From the NCBI GenBank assembly GCA_037721715.1, contig JBBJOD010000001.1:1-37659 (forward strand): a DNA stretch of 37,659 bases, written 5' to 3'. Shown one piece after another: positions 35,788 to 37,659 of the stretch. The position numbers and the translations under genes were made by a program. The DNA comes from Chitinophagaceae bacterium (lineage in GTDB: Bacteria > Bacteroidota > Bacteroidia > Chitinophagales > Chitinophagaceae). Every line of letters starts with the position of its first letter. The first letter of the stretch is position 1. The notes below the pieces were generated by a model. That model had not been told where the DNA came from, ran no database searches, and saw only the letters and a list, made by a program, of their open reading frames with translations.

Positions 35788-37659
35788 CTATTGCTTGATT
35801 ATCTTAACAGTATGCCACTCAGTCCGGTCATTTAGGCGAAGTATATACAGCCCGCTTTGTAATTGGCCGATATAATTATTGAGGTGCCGGTTGATCTCAT
35901 TGATATTACCTTTAGCCTGTAAAATAGTATTGCCATTCGAATTTAAGAGATGGGCAACGAAAATTTTGGATGGCGAAGTGATCCTGATCTGCAGTTTTCC
36001 TGCAACCGGATTAGGATATACACTTACTGTCTCCGTTGTGTTGGGTAACATGTTTACCAAAACTACCTGCGAAAACGTTTCTTTTCCGTTTAAGTCTACC
36101 TGCTTAAGCCTGTAATAATTAAACCCGGGAAGAGGAAACCAATCTATAAACTGATAGTTCACCAACCTGTTTGTGGTGGTACCAGCGCCGTCTAACTTTG
36201 ACATAGGAACAAAATTCAATACTTCGCCAGACCTTTCCACGATAAAGTGGCTATTAGTCAGCTCTGTGGCAGTAGTCCAGGATACCTTTACCTGGCTTTT
36301 TACCGGACGGGCTTCAAAATAGAGAATATTTACAGGTAGGGGAATTTCGGCACTTAAAGTAAAACGGGAAAACACCGGCAAATGATCCGAAGCCGTGCTG
36401 GCATTGTAATTTGGAATATAACTTCGTGCATCCTCGATATCAGTTGAGTTACTTATATAATTATCTTTTAGTTCGTTTGAAATAACAATGTGATCTATCA
36501 ATCCTGTGCCGCTGACAAAACTTATTCTTCCTGCCTTGTCGAGGGGCAGTGTTAATGCGGCATAATCTGTACTGTCGTCTACAAAGCCCATGTAAGGTGA
36601 TGGCGAACCAGCAAGAATAGATCCGGTGACCCGATCGTTGAAGTCACCAATCAAAACAATATTATCATTGGGATAATAAGCATCCAGGCTATCTTTCAAT
36701 ACCCTGACATCATACACCCTTCTGTTATAGCTTGCAACATCGGAAGCTGATTTACCATGAATAACAATAATCCTGATTCGTTCCAGTACGCCTTTTATGG
36801 TTACATCAAAGGTTGCCATAAATGGAAGCCGGCCCGAAGCCCAGAAACTGGAAGGCGAGTTCAGTGGATAATTATTCAACGGGGTGCTCAGGCCATTTCG
36901 AGCAGAATCGTACATAGACTCAAACATCACTCGTTGTTCTACCAGCTGAGCAGTTGTAGCATTGTAAACAAAACCGATCTTTTGAGGCGGAAACCCAGGA
37001 TCAGGTGGATCAAAAGAGTACGACCACCGGGGAGAAGTAACGGATTGATAACCGGGAAGTTTTTGAAGCAGTGAAGCAAGGGCATCATCGTTCGACATCT
37101 CTTCGAAACCAACAACGTCCATATTAAGGCGTTGAAATATAGTGGCGATGTTGTTGACCTGTAAAAGAATTTTTTCGGGAGTTGGGTTGTTATTCGGTGT
37201 AGAACCAAAAAAGCTCAGGTTATAGGCTGCCACGTCAAGTGTTTCTGACTTTGGAAAAGAACTTCCCGAAAGAAATACCAGGTTTGAATCGAGGGATGCA
37301 CTTTTGAAATTGATCCTGCCAGTTGTTTTTAGTTCTTTGCTGGCAGGAGTAAATCTTATATAAACTATAGCTCCCGTTTCAGCCTGCCCGCCTGAAACAC
37401 TTAAATTGTCAGTAAAAGTTAAATTATCGGCAGATAACTGGTATACTGCAGGAGCAGACAGAAGCAGCGCTCCAAAACCGAAGGCTTGTATATTGACAGG
37501 TAAACCGGCAGAATTAGTACCTACAGCAACCTCGCTGAAATCGACTGATACCGGTGAAGCAGACAATAAAGTGGTTCTGTTGGTTATACTCAGGTCATCG
37601 ATATTCCAGCGTGCCGCTCCTAGTTCCGGATCGGATGTATATTTAAAGGCGAGGTAGAT
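35788..37659 (-). CDS. endonuclease/exonuclease/phosphatase (EEP) family protein with a C-terminal T9SS sorting domain; 5' end beyond the window
   Basis: EEP motifs (DVVGFEEM ... SDHLPVF). The C-terminal ~80 aa are typical of a T9SS type-A sorting domain (VSVYPNPVAGKL...GLYILRLND...VKIIKQ). The frame stays open upstream of the listed TTG (37566) through 37659, reading ...ARWNIDDLSITNRTTLL. Confidence 0.8.
   Translation of the reverse strand: MYLAFKYTSDPELGAARWNIDDLSITNRTTLLSASPVSVDFSEVAVGTNSAGLPVNIQAFGFGALLLSAPAVYQLSADNLTFTDNLSVSGGQAETGAIVYIRFTPASKELKTTGRINFKSASLDSNLVFLSGSSFPKSETLDVAAYNLSFFGSTPNNNPTPEKILLQVNNIATIFQRLNMDVVGFEEMSNDDALASLLQKLPGYQSVTSPRWSYSFDPPDPGFPPQKIGFVYNATTAQLVEQRVMFESMYDSARNGLSTPLNNYPLNSPSSFWASGRLPFMATFDVTIKGVLERIRIIVIHGKSASDVASYNRRVYDVRVLKDSLDAYYPNDNIVLIGDFNDRVTGSILAGSPSPYMGFVDDSTDYAALTLPLDKAGRISFVSGTGLIDHIVISNELKDNYISNSTDIEDARSYIPNYNASTASDHLPVFSRFTLSAEIPLPVNILYFEARPVKSQVKVSWTTATELTNSHFIVERSGEVLNFVPMSKLDGAGTTTNRLVNYQFIDWFPLPGFNYYRLKQVDLNGKETFSQVVLVNMLPNTTETVSVYPNPVAGKLQIRITSPSKIFVAHLLNSNGNTILQAKGNINEINRHLNNYIGQLQSGLYILRLNDRTEWHTVKIIKQ

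Noticed and set aside
1-37659. Scan for CRISPR arrays, tRNA/rRNA genes, integrases, transposases, IS inverted repeats, toxin-antitoxin pairs or known defence-system genes
   Set aside because: No regularly spaced direct repeats were seen, and no cloverleaf-like GC-rich ~75-nt islands. No ORF has recombinase, transposase, nuclease-helicase or ATPase defence signatures. The accessory-looking region (16-24 kb) has no mobility hallmarks at its borders.

Overview
This 37.7 kb window looks like a Bacteroidota chromosome segment. Evidence: TAnnTTTG-type -7 boxes, no Shine-Dalgarno dependence, T9SS-linked genes, and a Bacteroidetes-style arginine operon with an acetyl/succinyl-ornithine carbamoyltransferase. 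Most of it is core housekeeping. Left to right: a minus-strand arg operon (GNAT-argG-argC-argD-argF'-argB-argE'), a GH3-family gene, rplU-rpmA, a tiny Lys/Ala-rich histone-H1-like gene missed by the ORF track, a frameshifted PolX/PHP gene, a 1253-aa polytopic orphan histidine kinase, and mazG. An accessory-looking stretch follows (about 16.06-24.3 kb). It holds a YD-repeat-like secreted protein, two sensor-less HisKA_3 kinases, three LuxR-type response regulators, a 6-7 TM protein, two unknown proteins and three unusually long non-coding gaps. After that come the conserved bamD-rpoZ-coaBC-DUF4835(PorD)-DUF4296 operon, an OmpA/TSP3 protein, a polyprenyl synthase, recJ coupled to a methyltransferase, htpG, and a T9SS-sorted EEP nuclease that runs off the right edge. 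I saw no rRNA, tRNA, CRISPR array, integrase or transposase. I cannot point to a clear-cut novel system. The best candidates for follow-up are: (i) the four-gene unknown-protein/7TM/kinase/regulator module and its 700-bp upstream gap; (ii) the split PolX whose palm appears catalytically degenerate; (iii) the GC-rich structured leader or sORF in front of the arg operon; (iv) a 247-aa protein with polyprenyl-synthase-like motif remnants. All functional calls come from motif recognition by eye, and no searches were run.
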